The notes: generated from the sequence alone by a model not told the origin. A stretch of 64,000 bases of DNA from a virus (IMGVR_UViG_3300011559_000001:246883-310882), one strand, 5' to 3'. Positions 18,225 to 28,951 are shown, counted from the first letter of the stretch. Numbers and translations are program-made.

Positions 18225-21134
18225 TTAGGTGCTGCTGTGCTGGACGAAGCTGACCGAGACGTCGTCTTCCACGCCAATGGTACCATCGGCCTTGGCCACG
18301 GCCTTCTTGCGAATGGACAGACGCGCCGAGTCATCGGTCAAGGAGACCGTGTCATACGGCGTGCTACCGCCCAGACCATCGACCTTGACACCGATCGTAT
18401 CGCCGGACACCGCGCTTTCCAGTGCCGAGATAATGCCCGAGATGGTCACCACCGGATTCTGCAGCTGCTCGTGGATCACCACGATCGCCGCAGTGGTCAG
18501 CGCCGTACGCAGTGCCGCATCGCGGTACTGACTACCCGAGAGGTAGTAGGTGACCGAGAAGCTCTGTGCGGAGTTGATCGACACCGTCTTGTCTTCCATG
18601 ACCCGCACATCGATATTGCCGAGCGTGGACTTGGGATAGAAGTACAGACTGGTCTGCTCCAGCAGCTGGTCTTGCACCAGCGCGATGTCCTCCTGCAACC
18701 AACCGGCAATCGTGGCCGGGATCTGACCACGGTAGTCGATGGTCTGCTGGTCCGTTGCAAACCAGTAGGCACCATCGATCAGCAGCAGGTCCACCTGACG
18801 CAGCATGCGACGACTGGACTCGACGATGGGTTGTCCTTCCACGTCCATCATCACATCCCCAGCGTAGTGACGCATCACCGGGTTGCCCTTGTCATCCAGG
18901 ATCGGTGCGCCCTTGGCGTGCAACACCACGAACTGGATCTGACCGTCAGTGCCCACCACCCACTTGTTCGCACCGGTGAGCGGGTCGACTTCGTAGATGG
19001 TGTACTCGTAGACAGCCGGCACGTCGGCCAGATAGCGCTTGTAGTCTTGCGAGCTGGGGACCGAACGCGAGGCAGCCCACAGGCCCGGCATGGCCGTACC
19101 CAGTTCCACTGCCAGACGCTCTTGGGTCAAACCGATGGCATCGTTGGGCAGGATGTTCTTGCCCATCTCTTCATCGATCGTGGACGGCTCGAAACCTTCG
19201 ATGGTCACCCCGGAGATCGCAAAGAACACTTCCATGTCAATGCTCAGCGGACAGCCGTAGACGTGCACCGGATCATCGAACTGCTGGAACGTGTTGACCA
19301 TCAGGCTGTCATTGGCATCCAGATCGTACTCGGTGCCAATCAGGAAGGTGTACACGCGCTCACCGCTTTGGGTGGTGCCGGCCAGCGTACCGTTCTGGAA
19401 CGCGCGGTTGCGCTCGCCGGTGGGGTAGAAGGCCAACTGCACGTGGACCTGCTCATCGAGCAGTTCCTTCCAGGTCTGGCCAGACTGCAAGACCACCGTG
19501 ACCAGATAACCTTGGGTCACACGTGAGATCTGGTAGCTCTTGACCGACACGGCCAGTGCCGCAGTGGGGTTCTCGGCCACAAAGCTCTTGCTGTTGATCG
19601 CCGGGTTGTCCAGGAAGTACGCACGATGCTCAAAGCGCTCGTTGGTCATGTCCAAGACGTAGTGGAACGGCGAGTACAGGAAGTTGTTCTCGTTGATGCG
19701 ACGGGCACGCACGTCGATGGGCATCGCGTTGAGCGAATCGATCGTGGTCTGCGGGACAATCGAGATCAGGCCGTTGACGTTCTGATACAGCGTGGACGGC
19801 AGCAGCGTGATGCGTTCGCCATTGTCCATCACCGTACCGAGCTGGGAGAGGTTCTCCATGGACTCGGTCATCGTCAGCATCGTACAGCCCGCACCGGAGA
19901 CGGTGGTGCCATCGGTGGGCTCAGGCATCGAGCGGGTGGCCAGGAACTGACGGTTGGTGATGTTGTCCACATCCAACACCATGTCATAGCCCATGTCCGC
20001 AAGACGCGAACCGATGTTGACGTTGGTGATCGGGACGTTGACCTTACCCAGTGAGTTGGTGATCACTCGCTCACGCAGTGCGCTGAGCGTCAGCGGCGCA
20101 CGACCGCCGGAGACGGCGTTGTCGGAGAACAGCGTGTAGGTGGTGAAGTCCTTCAGCGGCGTGACGTACGGACTGGTGCCGTTGTAGTCACGATCCAGCC
20201 ACGTGGCCGTGTACTGACTGGGCGTGTAGTCAGCCAGGTTCAGCTCCAGCACACCCATGGTGCTGTAGATGTCCACGCGCAGTTCGCTGTTGACCATGTT
20301 CGTGGTCTGATAGACCTGAGGGATACTCAGTGTCAACACCTGACCGACCACCTGCAGCACCGCCGTCGGTACGCTGGGGTCAAACACCTGATCGGTATGC
20401 GTGGTGCGCATCTCCACCCACTGACCGGCCGAGTTGGTGTAGTACACCCGAGCGTAGTGGAAGTTGTCCTCGAAGGTCCAGCTGCGTTCAGCCAGCTGTG
20501 CCCGGTTCATCTGGAAGGTCTGCGACTGCACCTTGAACTGGTACATCGGAATTTCCAGCCGCAAGAACACTTGCCCGTCGAAGGTGATCGTGCTGGACTG
20601 CACCACGTTGGAAGCCAGTGCCTGCAACGGACTGGTCTGACTGGTGTCATACACCACCGACAGAGCGTTGTGCGTACCGATGCGGATTTCAATCGGATAC
20701 TGCAGACTGAACACCACACCGGCCACTTCGACCTGGGTATGCTTGGGGATCACCATCTTGCGCGTACCGGTGTTACCCACCGCCACAGCACGCAGATAGA
20801 TTTCATCACGCCCCAGCAAGAAGCTGAAGGTGGCCTTGGAGGGCTGACTGAAACGGTTGGCGTAGTCGCCATCGGACATGTGCAGATACAGGTCCGACTG
20901 CGTCAGGGCCATCGACGGATACATGCGGCGGTTGGTGGCTTCCTGTTCCAAGAACAGCGCCGAGACTTGCACGGCACCACCCTCCATCAGATGCATGTAC
21001 GGGTTGGTGGCATTGGCAATGTCGATCGTACCGTTGAAGGTTGCCTCCAACTGATCCAACGCATCACTGATGACCAACTGCGGGTTCTGCAAATGCCGAC
21101 GCGCGGCGGAAACCCAATTGGGGATACTGACCAT
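18225..21134 (-). CDS. baseplate wedge-type virion protein (phiKZ gp87-like)
   Basis: 969 aa; A(L)TQSDLYLHMS..PSKATF and VSGGRAPLTLSALRERVI resemble BaseplateJ/gp6 motifs; synteny. Confidence 0.7.
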   Translation of the reverse strand: MVSIPNWVSAARRHLQNPQLVISDALDQLEATFNGTIDIANATNPYMHLMEGGAVQVSALFLEQEATNRRMYPSMALTQSDLYLHMSDGDYANRFSQPSKATFSFLLGRDEIYLRAVAVGNTGTRKMVIPKHTQVEVAGVVFSLQYPIEIRIGTHNALSVVYDTSQTSPLQALASNVVQSSTITFDGQVFLRLEIPMYQFKVQSQTFQMNRAQLAERSWTFEDNFHYARVYYTNSAGQWVEMRTTHTDQVFDPSVPTAVLQVVGQVLTLSIPQVYQTTNMVNSELRVDIYSTMGVLELNLADYTPSQYTATWLDRDYNGTSPYVTPLKDFTTYTLFSDNAVSGGRAPLTLSALRERVITNSLGKVNVPITNVNIGSRLADMGYDMVLDVDNITNRQFLATRSMPEPTDGTTVSGAGCTMLTMTESMENLSQLGTVMDNGERITLLPSTLYQNVNGLISIVPQTTIDSLNAMPIDVRARRINENNFLYSPFHYVLDMTNERFEHRAYFLDNPAINSKSFVAENPTAALAVSVKSYQISRVTQGYLVTVVLQSGQTWKELLDEQVHVQLAFYPTGERNRAFQNGTLAGTTQSGERVYTFLIGTEYDLDANDSLMVNTFQQFDDPVHVYGCPLSIDMEVFFAISGVTIEGFEPSTIDEEMGKNILPNDAIGLTQERLAVELGTAMPGLWAASRSVPSSQDYKRYLADVPAVYEYTIYEVDPLTGANKWVVGTDGQIQFVVLHAKGAPILDDKGNPVMRHYAGDVMMDVEGQPIVESSRRMLRQVDLLLIDGAYWFATDQQTIDYRGQIPATIAGWLQEDIALVQDQLLEQTSLYFYPKSTLGNIDVRVMEDKTVSINSAQSFSVTYYLSGSQYRDAALRTALTTAAIVVIHEQLQNPVVTISGIISALESAVSGDTIGVKVDGLGGSTPYDTVSLTDDSARLSIRKKAVAKADGTIGVEDDVSVSFVQHSST

Positions 21135-21143
21135 TGAAGATCC

Positions 21144-22247
21144 TTAAGGTTGCGTGGCGGTGGGGGCGGTGGCCACAGCCGGAGCCAAGCCAGCTTGAGC
21201 GGTAGTGTTCTCCGCCATGCGCTTGTTGTACTCGGTCGTGAAGTCCCACCATTCCAGTTCGTTGGTATCCATGTTGATGCGCGGATAACCATTGTAGTTG
21301 TAGTTGAGCAGTTGCTCGCGGGAGATCTTGGTCATGTACTGATCCCGCATCAGCGAATTCATCGACGGGTTGAACATCTCCACCACGTCATTAAACTCAC
21401 GCATCAGAATCGGATCCTGATACGTTGCACCGAAGCAACGGAACGGAATCGAGATCTGGCTGGCGCGACTTTGCTCGAACGGCGAGTCCGACGAGAAGTC
21501 AAACGCTTGACCCAACGCCGACGAATACGGGAAGGCTGCGCCGCAGGCAGCAATCTTCTGCACGTAGGTGCGCGTGGGGTCCAAGATGAGACGATAGATG
21601 CGCGTTTGATAATCGATCTCACGCAGCATCTCACTGTCCGGGTAGGGCACCATCCGTCCTTGGTACACCATGGACATGTAGATGAGCCAGACCTGGAAGA
21701 GTAAAGATATGGGATCTCCCACGATATTCCGGAAAGTCGCATTCAGATCGAAGCTGCTGTAGATGGAGTCAATACCATCGACCATGCCCCACGTCTCTTT
21801 CGCCAGACCTTCATCGGAGTTGTAGTACTCGGCCATCGGATCGGGCCAGCCACTGAGGGAGACCAGATTGTTGCCCAGCAGCGGGATAAACGGCAGGTTG
21901 GGATCAACCAACCCCGAACGATCACCGCCGTCATACAGCGCCTTGGACAGCTCCGGATCCAACCATTGGCGAATGGCTGATGGGTAGTGACCGAGCTTGT
22001 TGCCCTTACCTGCGCCGAGGATCGACAGGCGTCGGTCAGCACTGAGGTTATTGTATGACAAGTTAAGCCGCGGCCTGGTGAAAAAAGTCAAACCCTGGTT
22101 ATCCTGATTATAGGGTACCGGGTTGCCGACTCCTCGATGGTTGATACCAATCAAGGTATTGACCATGGCCTCGGACAGGTTTCCCAAACCTGAACCGCGC
22201 GCCATCCAGTCGATTTGTTCAATCAGATTGTCGTAGATGTCACTCAT
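21144..22247 (-). CDS. baseplate/tail-tube-fold virion protein (phiKZ gp88-like)
   Basis: GLTFFTRPRLNLS, IDYQTRIYRLILD, GAAFP motifs; synteny. Confidence 0.65.
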   Translation of the reverse strand: MSDIYDNLIEQIDWMARGSGLGNLSEAMVNTLIGINHRGVGNPVPYNQDNQGLTFFTRPRLNLSYNNLSADRRLSILGAGKGNKLGHYPSAIRQWLDPELSKALYDGGDRSGLVDPNLPFIPLLGNNLVSLSGWPDPMAEYYNSDEGLAKETWGMVDGIDSIYSSFDLNATFRNIVGDPISLLFQVWLIYMSMVYQGRMVPYPDSEMLREIDYQTRIYRLILDPTRTYVQKIAACGAAFPYSSALGQAFDFSSDSPFEQSRASQISIPFRCFGATYQDPILMREFNDVVEMFNPSMNSLMRDQYMTKISREQLLNYNYNGYPRINMDTNELEWWDFTTEYNKRMAENTTAQAGLAPAVATAPTATQP

Positions 22248-22277
22248 TGTTTTAAAGTCCAGCAAGGAAAAACGAAA

Positions 22278-23465
22278 ATGGTCGGTACAGTAGCCGCGAA
22301 GTCGATGGTCGTCGGCGCCCTAGGGGCGGTGGCGTCGATCGCCAAGACCCTCGCAACTTCCCAGAAGAACGATTCGTTGGTGCAGTTCACCAGCGTCCTG
22401 CGCGTCGAGCCGGTCACCATGATCGACAAGCGCCTGGAACGCGTGGACTACCTGCCCGACATCCTCCAGACGCTGCTCAGCATGTTCTGCGGTTTCTACA
22501 TGCAGGCGGTGTCGTGTCTGGTCAAGGTGGGTGACATCAATGTCATCCGCATGCTCGACACCCTCAACCCCAGCCGTGATGGTACGCTGGCCGCCGGCTC
22601 GTTGATCGATGCGATCAATGGCAAGGGCTCGGTCGGTATGCTGTCGATGGAGTCCTATCAGCACGGCGCGCTGCCGCGCCCGAACCAAGCCAGCTTGGAA
22701 GCGATCAACCTCGGCAAGGCGCAGGCCTTCTTGAGCGACTCCGATACCTTCGCCAAGCGCACTGACATCCAGTACAAGCTCGATGCCAAGACTGGCGATG
22801 CCTCCAAGAACTTCAAGGCCGCCAGCGAGGCGGTGAACCTGGCAGTGGGCAAGATGCTCGACGTCACCGTCGAGTCCAATGGCAACCGTGGTTCGTTCCC
22901 GGTGGCCGTACGTCTGGCCACGGCCATCGTCGACCATGAAGTCCTGCTTCATATTCTTGGCTCTTCCGGCCAGGACAATAGCCTGCGTGAGCGCTGGCAC
23001 CGCTGGAAATCCGGCGACCTGCAGCTGTGGCGCGACCTGATCTGGTGTCAGGATCTGATCGACAACGAGAAGCGCCTGCTCAACAAGGACAAGACCGGCG
23101 CCCTGGCCGAGCTCAGCCGCCGTCGGGCGATGAACTCCACCGCCGCTGTCCTGTCGGGCACGCCGTCGATCGCTTCGGCCTCGGCACTGGCGGTGATCTC
23201 CAAGGAGACTGCCACCGATCTGGAACGTCAGAACCTCGGTAAGTTCACCGACCTGAAGTTCCGCAACAAGATCATGCAGGAATCGATGTCCATGATTCTG
23301 GTCGTGGTCGACACCGATTACGAGAGCATCACGATTTATACCCGCGACATCCAGCTGCCGTCCAAGTTCGCCATCCGTGAACTGAAGGCGGCCAACAAGG
23401 GCACGGGTCCGGATCTGAACGAGCTGCTCAAGATGTACAAAGCCGGCCAGTCGCCGTCCTTCTGA
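22278..23465 (+). CDS. internal head protein (phiKZ gp89-like)
   Basis: AAGGA RBS; SME/SLE sites; RVEPVTMID; NLAVGKML. Confidence 0.65.
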   Translation: MVGTVAAKSMVVGALGAVASIAKTLATSQKNDSLVQFTSVLRVEPVTMIDKRLERVDYLPDILQTLLSMFCGFYMQAVSCLVKVGDINVIRMLDTLNPSRDGTLAAGSLIDAINGKGSVGMLSMESYQHGALPRPNQASLEAINLGKAQAFLSDSDTFAKRTDIQYKLDAKTGDASKNFKAASEAVNLAVGKMLDVTVESNGNRGSFPVAVRLATAIVDHEVLLHILGSSGQDNSLRERWHRWKSGDLQLWRDLIWCQDLIDNEKRLLNKDKTGALAELSRRRAMNSTAAVLSGTPSIASASALAVISKETATDLERQNLGKFTDLKFRNKIMQESMSMILVVVDTDYESITIYTRDIQLPSKFAIRELKAANKGTGPDLNELLKMYKAGQSPSF

Positions 23466-23486
23466 TTTACGGAGCCAAGACCCAAC

Positions 23487-24386
23487 ATGAACATCAAGTC
23501 CTTCCTGTCCTCGCTGGTTCCGCATTTCGAGCGCAACCGGATCATCGAGGACATCGACAGTCTGGCATCGGACGTCGAATCCAACCTTGCCCCCAGCTAC
23601 AACGCTGCTGGCAAGCTCATCGCTTCGCGCAAGTTCGGCTCCACTGCCGGCAAGACCATGGAAGCGATGTTCCGTCATCGTTTCCGCAACGAGCGTGCCC
23701 TGAACCACATCGCCTTCATCGCCGGCCTGCTCCCGCAGTTGCTGGAGTCGCTCAAGCTGATCGAGCGCATGGTGCCGGAGCTGTTCGGTCGTGACGTCAC
23801 CAAGGACTCGCTGACCTACAAGAAGGCAGCGGTCCTGCAGTACCTGGCGGTGGTGCGCTTCTTCAACGACTACGCCGGCCGTCACCTGCTGCGTGTGCTC
23901 GCCGGTGAAGACGCCGCGACCAAGGGTCAGCCGGAAGACACCGACCTGTTGCCGATCGACAAGAAGTTCTTCCAGGAGAACCTGGAGACCTTCCTGCAGG
24001 CACTGAACGTGCTGGCGCTGTCGCCGGACCAGATCGCTGAACGCCTGGGTCAGATGCAGGACATCCAGATCGTGGCCGACAAGATCGGCATGATCTCCTC
24101 GACGATGGGCGTTGAAAACGTCGACCCGCTGAAGCTGGGCTTCATGGGTCCGTCGGCCTCGTCCAGCCCGATCTACAAGATCCGCTCGGCCATCGCCACC
24201 TACCAGGTGGCCAACCACCAGCGCAACAAGGAACTGTCCAAGACGCTGCAACTGCGTCTGTTCGCGCTGAAGGACGCCTACGCCGGCCGCAGTGATCCCA
24301 AGCTGCAGGAACAGATCGAGTACAACACCGCTCGTCTGGCTCGCCTGCAGGAAGACATGGCCGCCTTCGAAGAGCGTTACGGCTAA
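23487..24386 (+). CDS. internal head protein (phiKZ gp90-like)
   Basis: GGAG RBS; DPLKLGF..PIYKIR; synteny. Confidence 0.6.
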   Translation: MNIKSFLSSLVPHFERNRIIEDIDSLASDVESNLAPSYNAAGKLIASRKFGSTAGKTMEAMFRHRFRNERALNHIAFIAGLLPQLLESLKLIERMVPELFGRDVTKDSLTYKKAAVLQYLAVVRFFNDYAGRHLLRVLAGEDAATKGQPEDTDLLPIDKKFFQENLETFLQALNVLALSPDQIAERLGQMQDIQIVADKIGMISSTMGVENVDPLKLGFMGPSASSSPIYKIRSAIATYQVANHQRNKELSKTLQLRLFALKDAYAGRSDPKLQEQIEYNTARLARLQEDMAAFEERYG

Positions 24387-24407
24387 GCCGCAACCGAGGA
24401 GATTCAG

Positions 24408-24917
24408 ATGAACAGTACGATCATCGTCTACCCTCGCCTGTACACCTCTCGCCTTTTCGAAGGCGAGGGGGTACTGGTTTCTGAAGGTGACCAGAGCATC
24501 GAACTGCTGTTCCGGACGTTGGTGGATCGTACCACCAATACCCGGTCCTGGCCGTTCTACGAATCGGTCCTGACCAATGCGTTGCGCCTGTTTGGCGATC
24601 TCAACGACTGGTTCAAGGAACAACTGTCGAACCCGAACCTGATCGGCTACAACCGTCAGTTCATCCACGACACCATCAACTTCATCGAGGGCGGTCAGCG
24701 CGAGCTGCCGGTCCGGACGTGGTATGACCTCGTCAGTGAAGGCGGTGCGGGCCACCACGCCCATGCCATCCCGCAGCGTCTGCAGGACAACAAGCTGCTC
24801 CTCCGCGCTTCCGAACCTTCGCTGGAACTCATGCAAAAGTGGGTCAGCCAGCCTAATGGTTTGGAGGACCTGCTCAACACGATGCACCTGCTGTTTGGCA
24901 GGGCCCGCAACACCTAA
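24408..24917 (+). CDS. conserved phage protein (phiKZ gp91-like)
   Basis: GAGGAG RBS; synteny. Confidence 0.55.
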   Translation: MNSTIIVYPRLYTSRLFEGEGVLVSEGDQSIELLFRTLVDRTTNTRSWPFYESVLTNALRLFGDLNDWFKEQLSNPNLIGYNRQFIHDTINFIEGGQRELPVRTWYDLVSEGGAGHHAHAIPQRLQDNKLLLRASEPSLELMQKWVSQPNGLEDLLNTMHLLFGRARNT

Positions 24918-24941
24918 CTTTTCCCCTGGAGTCTCAGCACC

Positions 24942-27900
24942 ATGAAGAATTCCCGTATCGCTGCGCAGCTGCGTAGCTTGACGCTCGCACCGTCGCTGGA
25001 GAGCGATGACACTGCCAGCACCACCGAGACCGGCCCGGGCAGCGAAGGCGTGGTCAAGACCGACGTCGACACCGACGCCGAGTCCCCCAACCAGACCACC
25101 GACGAAACCACCCCGGCCGAAGGCAAAGACCTGAGCGTCACCACTTCCGAAGTGGGCGAGCGTTCGGACCTGGAATCGGCCCAGACCCAGATCAAGCCGG
25201 GTGAAGGTGAGCCGACCGAAGTGTCGCTGGAAGCCTTCAGCACTGCCACCAAGGCCAAGATCCGTCGCTTCTTCGGCGGCGCGCTGTACACCGGCAAGCT
25301 GTACGAAAAGGTCGAGAAGATCGACGAGCAGATCCGTGCACTCGAAGAGCAGATCGCGGCCGTGGAGAAGACCAAGTCGGTCTCCAACGAAGGTCTGGAA
25401 GGCGCCAAGTGGGAAGGTGTCAAGGCCGACATGAAGGCCTCGTGGGGCTTCATGCCCGACCCGGATCGCCCCGGCAAGACCAAGTGGCGTTTCACCGGCA
25501 GTCCGATGAAGCTGGCCGCGGCCAAGGCCGAACAGCTGGAAGAGCTGGAGAACAAGAAGGCAAAGCTGGAAGAAAAGCTGCAGGCCCTGCTGGTTGCCAA
25601 CAAGGGCAAGGTCTCCACCGAATCGGTCGTGGACCCGGACGAAATTCCGGACAACTCCAAGAACGTCGACGCCGACCGCGAGACCGGTCCGGGTGGCGAA
25701 GGTGTGGTCAAGCAGACCCTGGACACTCACGGCGAATCGCCGAACCAGACCACCGAAGAAACCACGCCGGCCGAGAACAAGGACCTGACCACCAAGACCG
25801 TCGAAGTCGGCGAGCGCGGTGAGCTGGAAAGCGCCGAAACCAATTCGGACAAGGACGGCGAGAACGTCGTCGTGTCGAGCGAGTCGCTGGTCGCTGCCGG
25901 CATCATCGGCCTGGCCGCTGGCTTCTCCACCTGGGCCGCCGGCAAGTTCGTGAAGGAGGTCGATTCGATCGCCGACCTGCAGAAGCGCATCAAGCAGGCC
26001 AAGGAAGACACCAAGAAGGCCGAACAGGAATTCGTCGATCGCGCCAAGGCTGTCGCCGCCGCCGCCAAGGCCAAGTCGCCGACCGTCTCGCAGGAAGCGG
26101 ACAACGAGAAGGCCTCGCTGGGCCAGCAGCTGCGCGGTGCCGCCAGCGCCACGATCACCTCCGGTATCGGCGTGGTCGGCGGTTTCGCTCTGGGTGGTCC
26201 GATCGGTGCCGCTATCGGTGGTCTGATCATGGCCGGCGCCTGGACGATGGACATGAAGCGCGCTGCCAAGATCTGCCGCGACAAGCGCGCCGAACTGCTG
26301 GCCTTGGAACTGAAGCTGGCCGACCGTCAGCTGGAACTGGCCACCCGCGTGGCTGCTGCTGAGAAGCAGTACAAGGTTTCCAACGAAAGCCTGGACGAGT
26401 TCGAAGCCCTGTCGGTGTCGACCGAATCCTTCAAGTCGGTGATCAAGTTCATCGTCAGCAAGGAGCGCCGCCTGGAGTGGTCGCTGGAGCAGTCGCCGAA
26501 GTGGAACGCCGAGATCGACGCCGACATCGCTGATGTCCGTGAACGCATCGCCGCGGCCAAGAAGGCCGACAACCCGGCCAAGGTCCGCAAGCTGGAAGAA
26601 GAGCTGGCTTGGTACATCGAGCTGAAGGACGATGCGGCCGCCACCGACAAGGAGTTCCGTGAGGAACTGGCCCGTATCCGCGCCAAGAAGGCTGCCGCCC
26701 AGAAGGTCGTGTCCACCGAAGCGTTCGACGACGCCGCCGCTGCTGCCGCCGCTGCTTTCGCCGAAGGCGCTGCTGGTGCCGCTGAAGCCGCTGCTGCCGC
26801 CACCGGCGGTGACGCTGGCGAAGTGACCGAGCACGTGACCGAAGTCGCCGAAACCGTTGCCGAAACCGTGGCTGCCGATGTTGCCGAAGACGCTGGCGCT
26901 GACGCCGGTGCTGAAGCAGGCGAAGCCGCTGCCGAAGGCGACGTGGAAGACGTCTCCGATGACGAGCTGGCCGCCGGCGAAGCCGAGCTGAACGAACTGG
27001 ACGGCTCGATCGAAGAGGCCGAAGGTCACGCCGAAGAGTACGAGCAGGCTGCTGCCACCATGGAATCGCTGATCGACGCGCTGCGTTCGGCCCAGCTGTC
27101 CGGTGGTCTGACCCCGCAGTCGGCGCAGTTCGCTACGATCACCTTCGAGTCGGTCGGTATCCGTCTGACCGGTGCTCCGTTCCAGAACGCCCACGGCGAA
27201 TCGGCCATGCCGTCGCTGGAATCGTTCGGCGGCACGATGCGTCGTGACCAGGCCACCTCGATCTCCCTGGAGAACGCTGGCCAGTGGTTCGCCAAGATCT
27301 GGGAAGTGCTGAAGAACACCTGGGCGCAGATCAGCGCTTGGATTGCCAACTTCATCAAGGTCCTGTTCTCGCAGGGCGAGCGCTACAAGCAGCGCGCACT
27401 GAAGATCCAGCAGCTGTCCAAGGGCAACCTGCCGCAGCCGAAGAACCGCACGGTCAAGGCCGGCGCCGCTGGTGCCAAGATCGCGGTCGGCGACAAGCTG
27501 GACGTGAACAACATGTCCCTGCTGCTGAACTTCGCCACCGCCGTCAAGGGTACGATGAACAGCACTGAGGACGGCGAAGCCAACCTGGTCGCCTACGTCA
27601 ACTCCTTCGACCAGGCCAAGATCGACGGCTACAAGAACGCGCAGGCCGGCGAACCGACCTTCGGTGCGATGGGTCCGTTCAAGAACCCGCAGGATGTGGA
27701 TGGCAAGTCCGGTTTCGCTACCGACGTGATGCCGGGCAACTACCGCCTGGTCATCGTGCCGTCCGAGGCCAACGCTGTGGTCGCCAAGATCGCCAGCGTC
27801 CTGGGTCGCAACGCCGGTCCGACGCGGGTCATCAAGCGCGTGCAGGAAGAGGGTGGTGCCGGTGAAGATGCCACCATGAACCTGTGGTTGGGCCCGCAGA

Positions 27901-28364
27901 TCGGTTCGGTCTGCACCCACGTGATCAAGACCCTGGACATCGTGGCTCAGATGCGTCCGGTCTGGGAAAAGGCAGCTTCGCTGAAGCTGACCCACAGCGG
28001 CAGTGCTGATTTCTCCGAAGAGGACCAGGCGGTCGTCAAGGAAATCATCAACGCCACCCAGCGTCGTTCCCGCGAAGAAGCCGCCGCCATCAAGGCGATC
28101 GGTCAGGCACTGGTCGCCACCAGCGGTCACTACCTGGACGTTTGCGCAGTGCACCTGAAGGAGTACGGCGTGAACGTGGGTCTGGCTGACAAGGCTGTCG
28201 CCGGTGTCAAGGATGCGGCCGCCAAGGCCGGTGAAGCCACCAGCAACGCTGCTGGCGCTGCCAAGGACGCTGCTGGCAAGGCTGCCGGCGCCGTGAAGGA
28301 TGCTGCGGGTAACGCCGCTGCCGCCGTCAAGGGCGCTGTCAGCAAGCCGGCAACGGCTGCCTAA
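24942..28364 (+). CDS. large internal head protein with many protease sites (phiKZ gp93/94-type paralog family)
   Basis: Eight VS-x-E sites plus PSLESF and ISLE..WFAKIWE family signature. Confidence 0.7.
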   Translation: MKNSRIAAQLRSLTLAPSLESDDTASTTETGPGSEGVVKTDVDTDAESPNQTTDETTPAEGKDLSVTTSEVGERSDLESAQTQIKPGEGEPTEVSLEAFSTATKAKIRRFFGGALYTGKLYEKVEKIDEQIRALEEQIAAVEKTKSVSNEGLEGAKWEGVKADMKASWGFMPDPDRPGKTKWRFTGSPMKLAAAKAEQLEELENKKAKLEEKLQALLVANKGKVSTESVVDPDEIPDNSKNVDADRETGPGGEGVVKQTLDTHGESPNQTTEETTPAENKDLTTKTVEVGERGELESAETNSDKDGENVVVSSESLVAAGIIGLAAGFSTWAAGKFVKEVDSIADLQKRIKQAKEDTKKAEQEFVDRAKAVAAAAKAKSPTVSQEADNEKASLGQQLRGAASATITSGIGVVGGFALGGPIGAAIGGLIMAGAWTMDMKRAAKICRDKRAELLALELKLADRQLELATRVAAAEKQYKVSNESLDEFEALSVSTESFKSVIKFIVSKERRLEWSLEQSPKWNAEIDADIADVRERIAAAKKADNPAKVRKLEEELAWYIELKDDAAATDKEFREELARIRAKKAAAQKVVSTEAFDDAAAAAAAAFAEGAAGAAEAAAAATGGDAGEVTEHVTEVAETVAETVAADVAEDAGADAGAEAGEAAAEGDVEDVSDDELAAGEAELNELDGSIEEAEGHAEEYEQAAATMESLIDALRSAQLSGGLTPQSAQFATITFESVGIRLTGAPFQNAHGESAMPSLESFGGTMRRDQATSISLENAGQWFAKIWEVLKNTWAQISAWIANFIKVLFSQGERYKQRALKIQQLSKGNLPQPKNRTVKAGAAGAKIAVGDKLDVNNMSLLLNFATAVKGTMNSTEDGEANLVAYVNSFDQAKIDGYKNAQAGEPTFGAMGPFKNPQDVDGKSGFATDVMPGNYRLVIVPSEANAVVAKIASVLGRNAGPTRVIKRVQEEGGAGEDATMNLWLGPQIGSVCTHVIKTLDIVAQMRPVWEKAASLKLTHSGSADFSEEDQAVVKEIINATQRRSREEAAAIKAIGQALVATSGHYLDVCAVHLKEYGVNVGLADKAVAGVKDAAAKAGEATSNAAGAAKDAAGKAAGAVKDAAGNAAAAVKGAVSKPATAA
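25026..25840 (+). repeat. two copies of a ~54-codon repeat (about 25026-25187 and 25680-25840)
   Basis: ETGPG.EGVVK..DT..ESPNQTT.ETTPAE.KDL....EVGER..LESA.T occurs twice. Confidence 0.85.
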
Positions 28365-28380
28365 GCGATCCAAGTAACAG

Positions 28381-28419
28381 GCATAACGACGGGGCCCCTT
28401 CGGGGGTCCCGTCTTATGT
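28381..28419 (+). terminator. hairpin terminator
   Basis: GACGGGGCCCC-TTCG-GGGGTCCCGTC followed by TTATG. Confidence 0.75.
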
Positions 28420-28486
28420 CGTCTATTGTATGTGTCCCGCGAACTGTGCGCGGACCATGCACACTTTTTTCGCGAGAGAACCTCTG

Positions 28487-28951
28487 ATGAAAAACAATCT
28501 TCGCTCCCATTTCACCCAGAACACCAGCTTGGAGTCGTTCGACGACGAAAGCGCGGTGCTCGGTCACACCGATGCGGTTGCCAGTGCCTATGCTGAAGAG
28601 CAGGTCCTGGATGGCCGTGATCGTGAGCTGCTGGAAGATCAGCTCAAGGCTGCCGAAGCCGACCACGAAACCCTGGCCAATCTGGCTTCGGCCGTGGAAG
28701 GTGAACGTGACGTCGGTCTGGAAGCCGGCTCGGCGGGCTTCATGCAGCTGACCCTGGCTTCGATCCAGAAGCGCCACGGCATCGATGAGAACGTCCAGAC
28801 CCATGCGGCCATGCCGTCGCTGGAGTGCTTCGACGGTCGTATGGCCCGTGTGGCCACCTCGCTGTCGCTGGAATCGGTCCGCAACACCCAGGCCATCGTC
28901 AAGCAGACGGTGGACACCCTGCGGGCGCGTCTGGCTACCGAGACCAACTGA
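28487..28951 (+). CDS. small head protein resembling the propeptide region of the paralog family
   Basis: TSLES, PSLECF, LSLES sites. Confidence 0.6.
   Translation: MKNNLRSHFTQNTSLESFDDESAVLGHTDAVASAYAEEQVLDGRDRELLEDQLKAAEADHETLANLASAVEGERDVGLEAGSAGFMQLTLASIQKRHGIDENVQTHAAMPSLECFDGRMARVATSLSLESVRNTQAIVKQTVDTLRARLATETN

Noticed and set aside
22247-22278. Only 30 bp between divergent structural genes
   Set aside because: Consistent with compact phiKZ-like gene organisation; no further signal is visible.
26720-26945. GCC/GCT-rich low-complexity DNA (also 28190-28360 and 30650-31230)
   Set aside because: Explained by Ala-rich protein linkers; not an independent repeat element.
22320-28373. 2017-aa minus-strand ORF and other long antisense ORFs (e.g. 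30426-32996, 52132-53835)
   Set aside because: These are shadows of strongly codon-biased high-GC genes on the opposite strand; they show no motifs or RBS.
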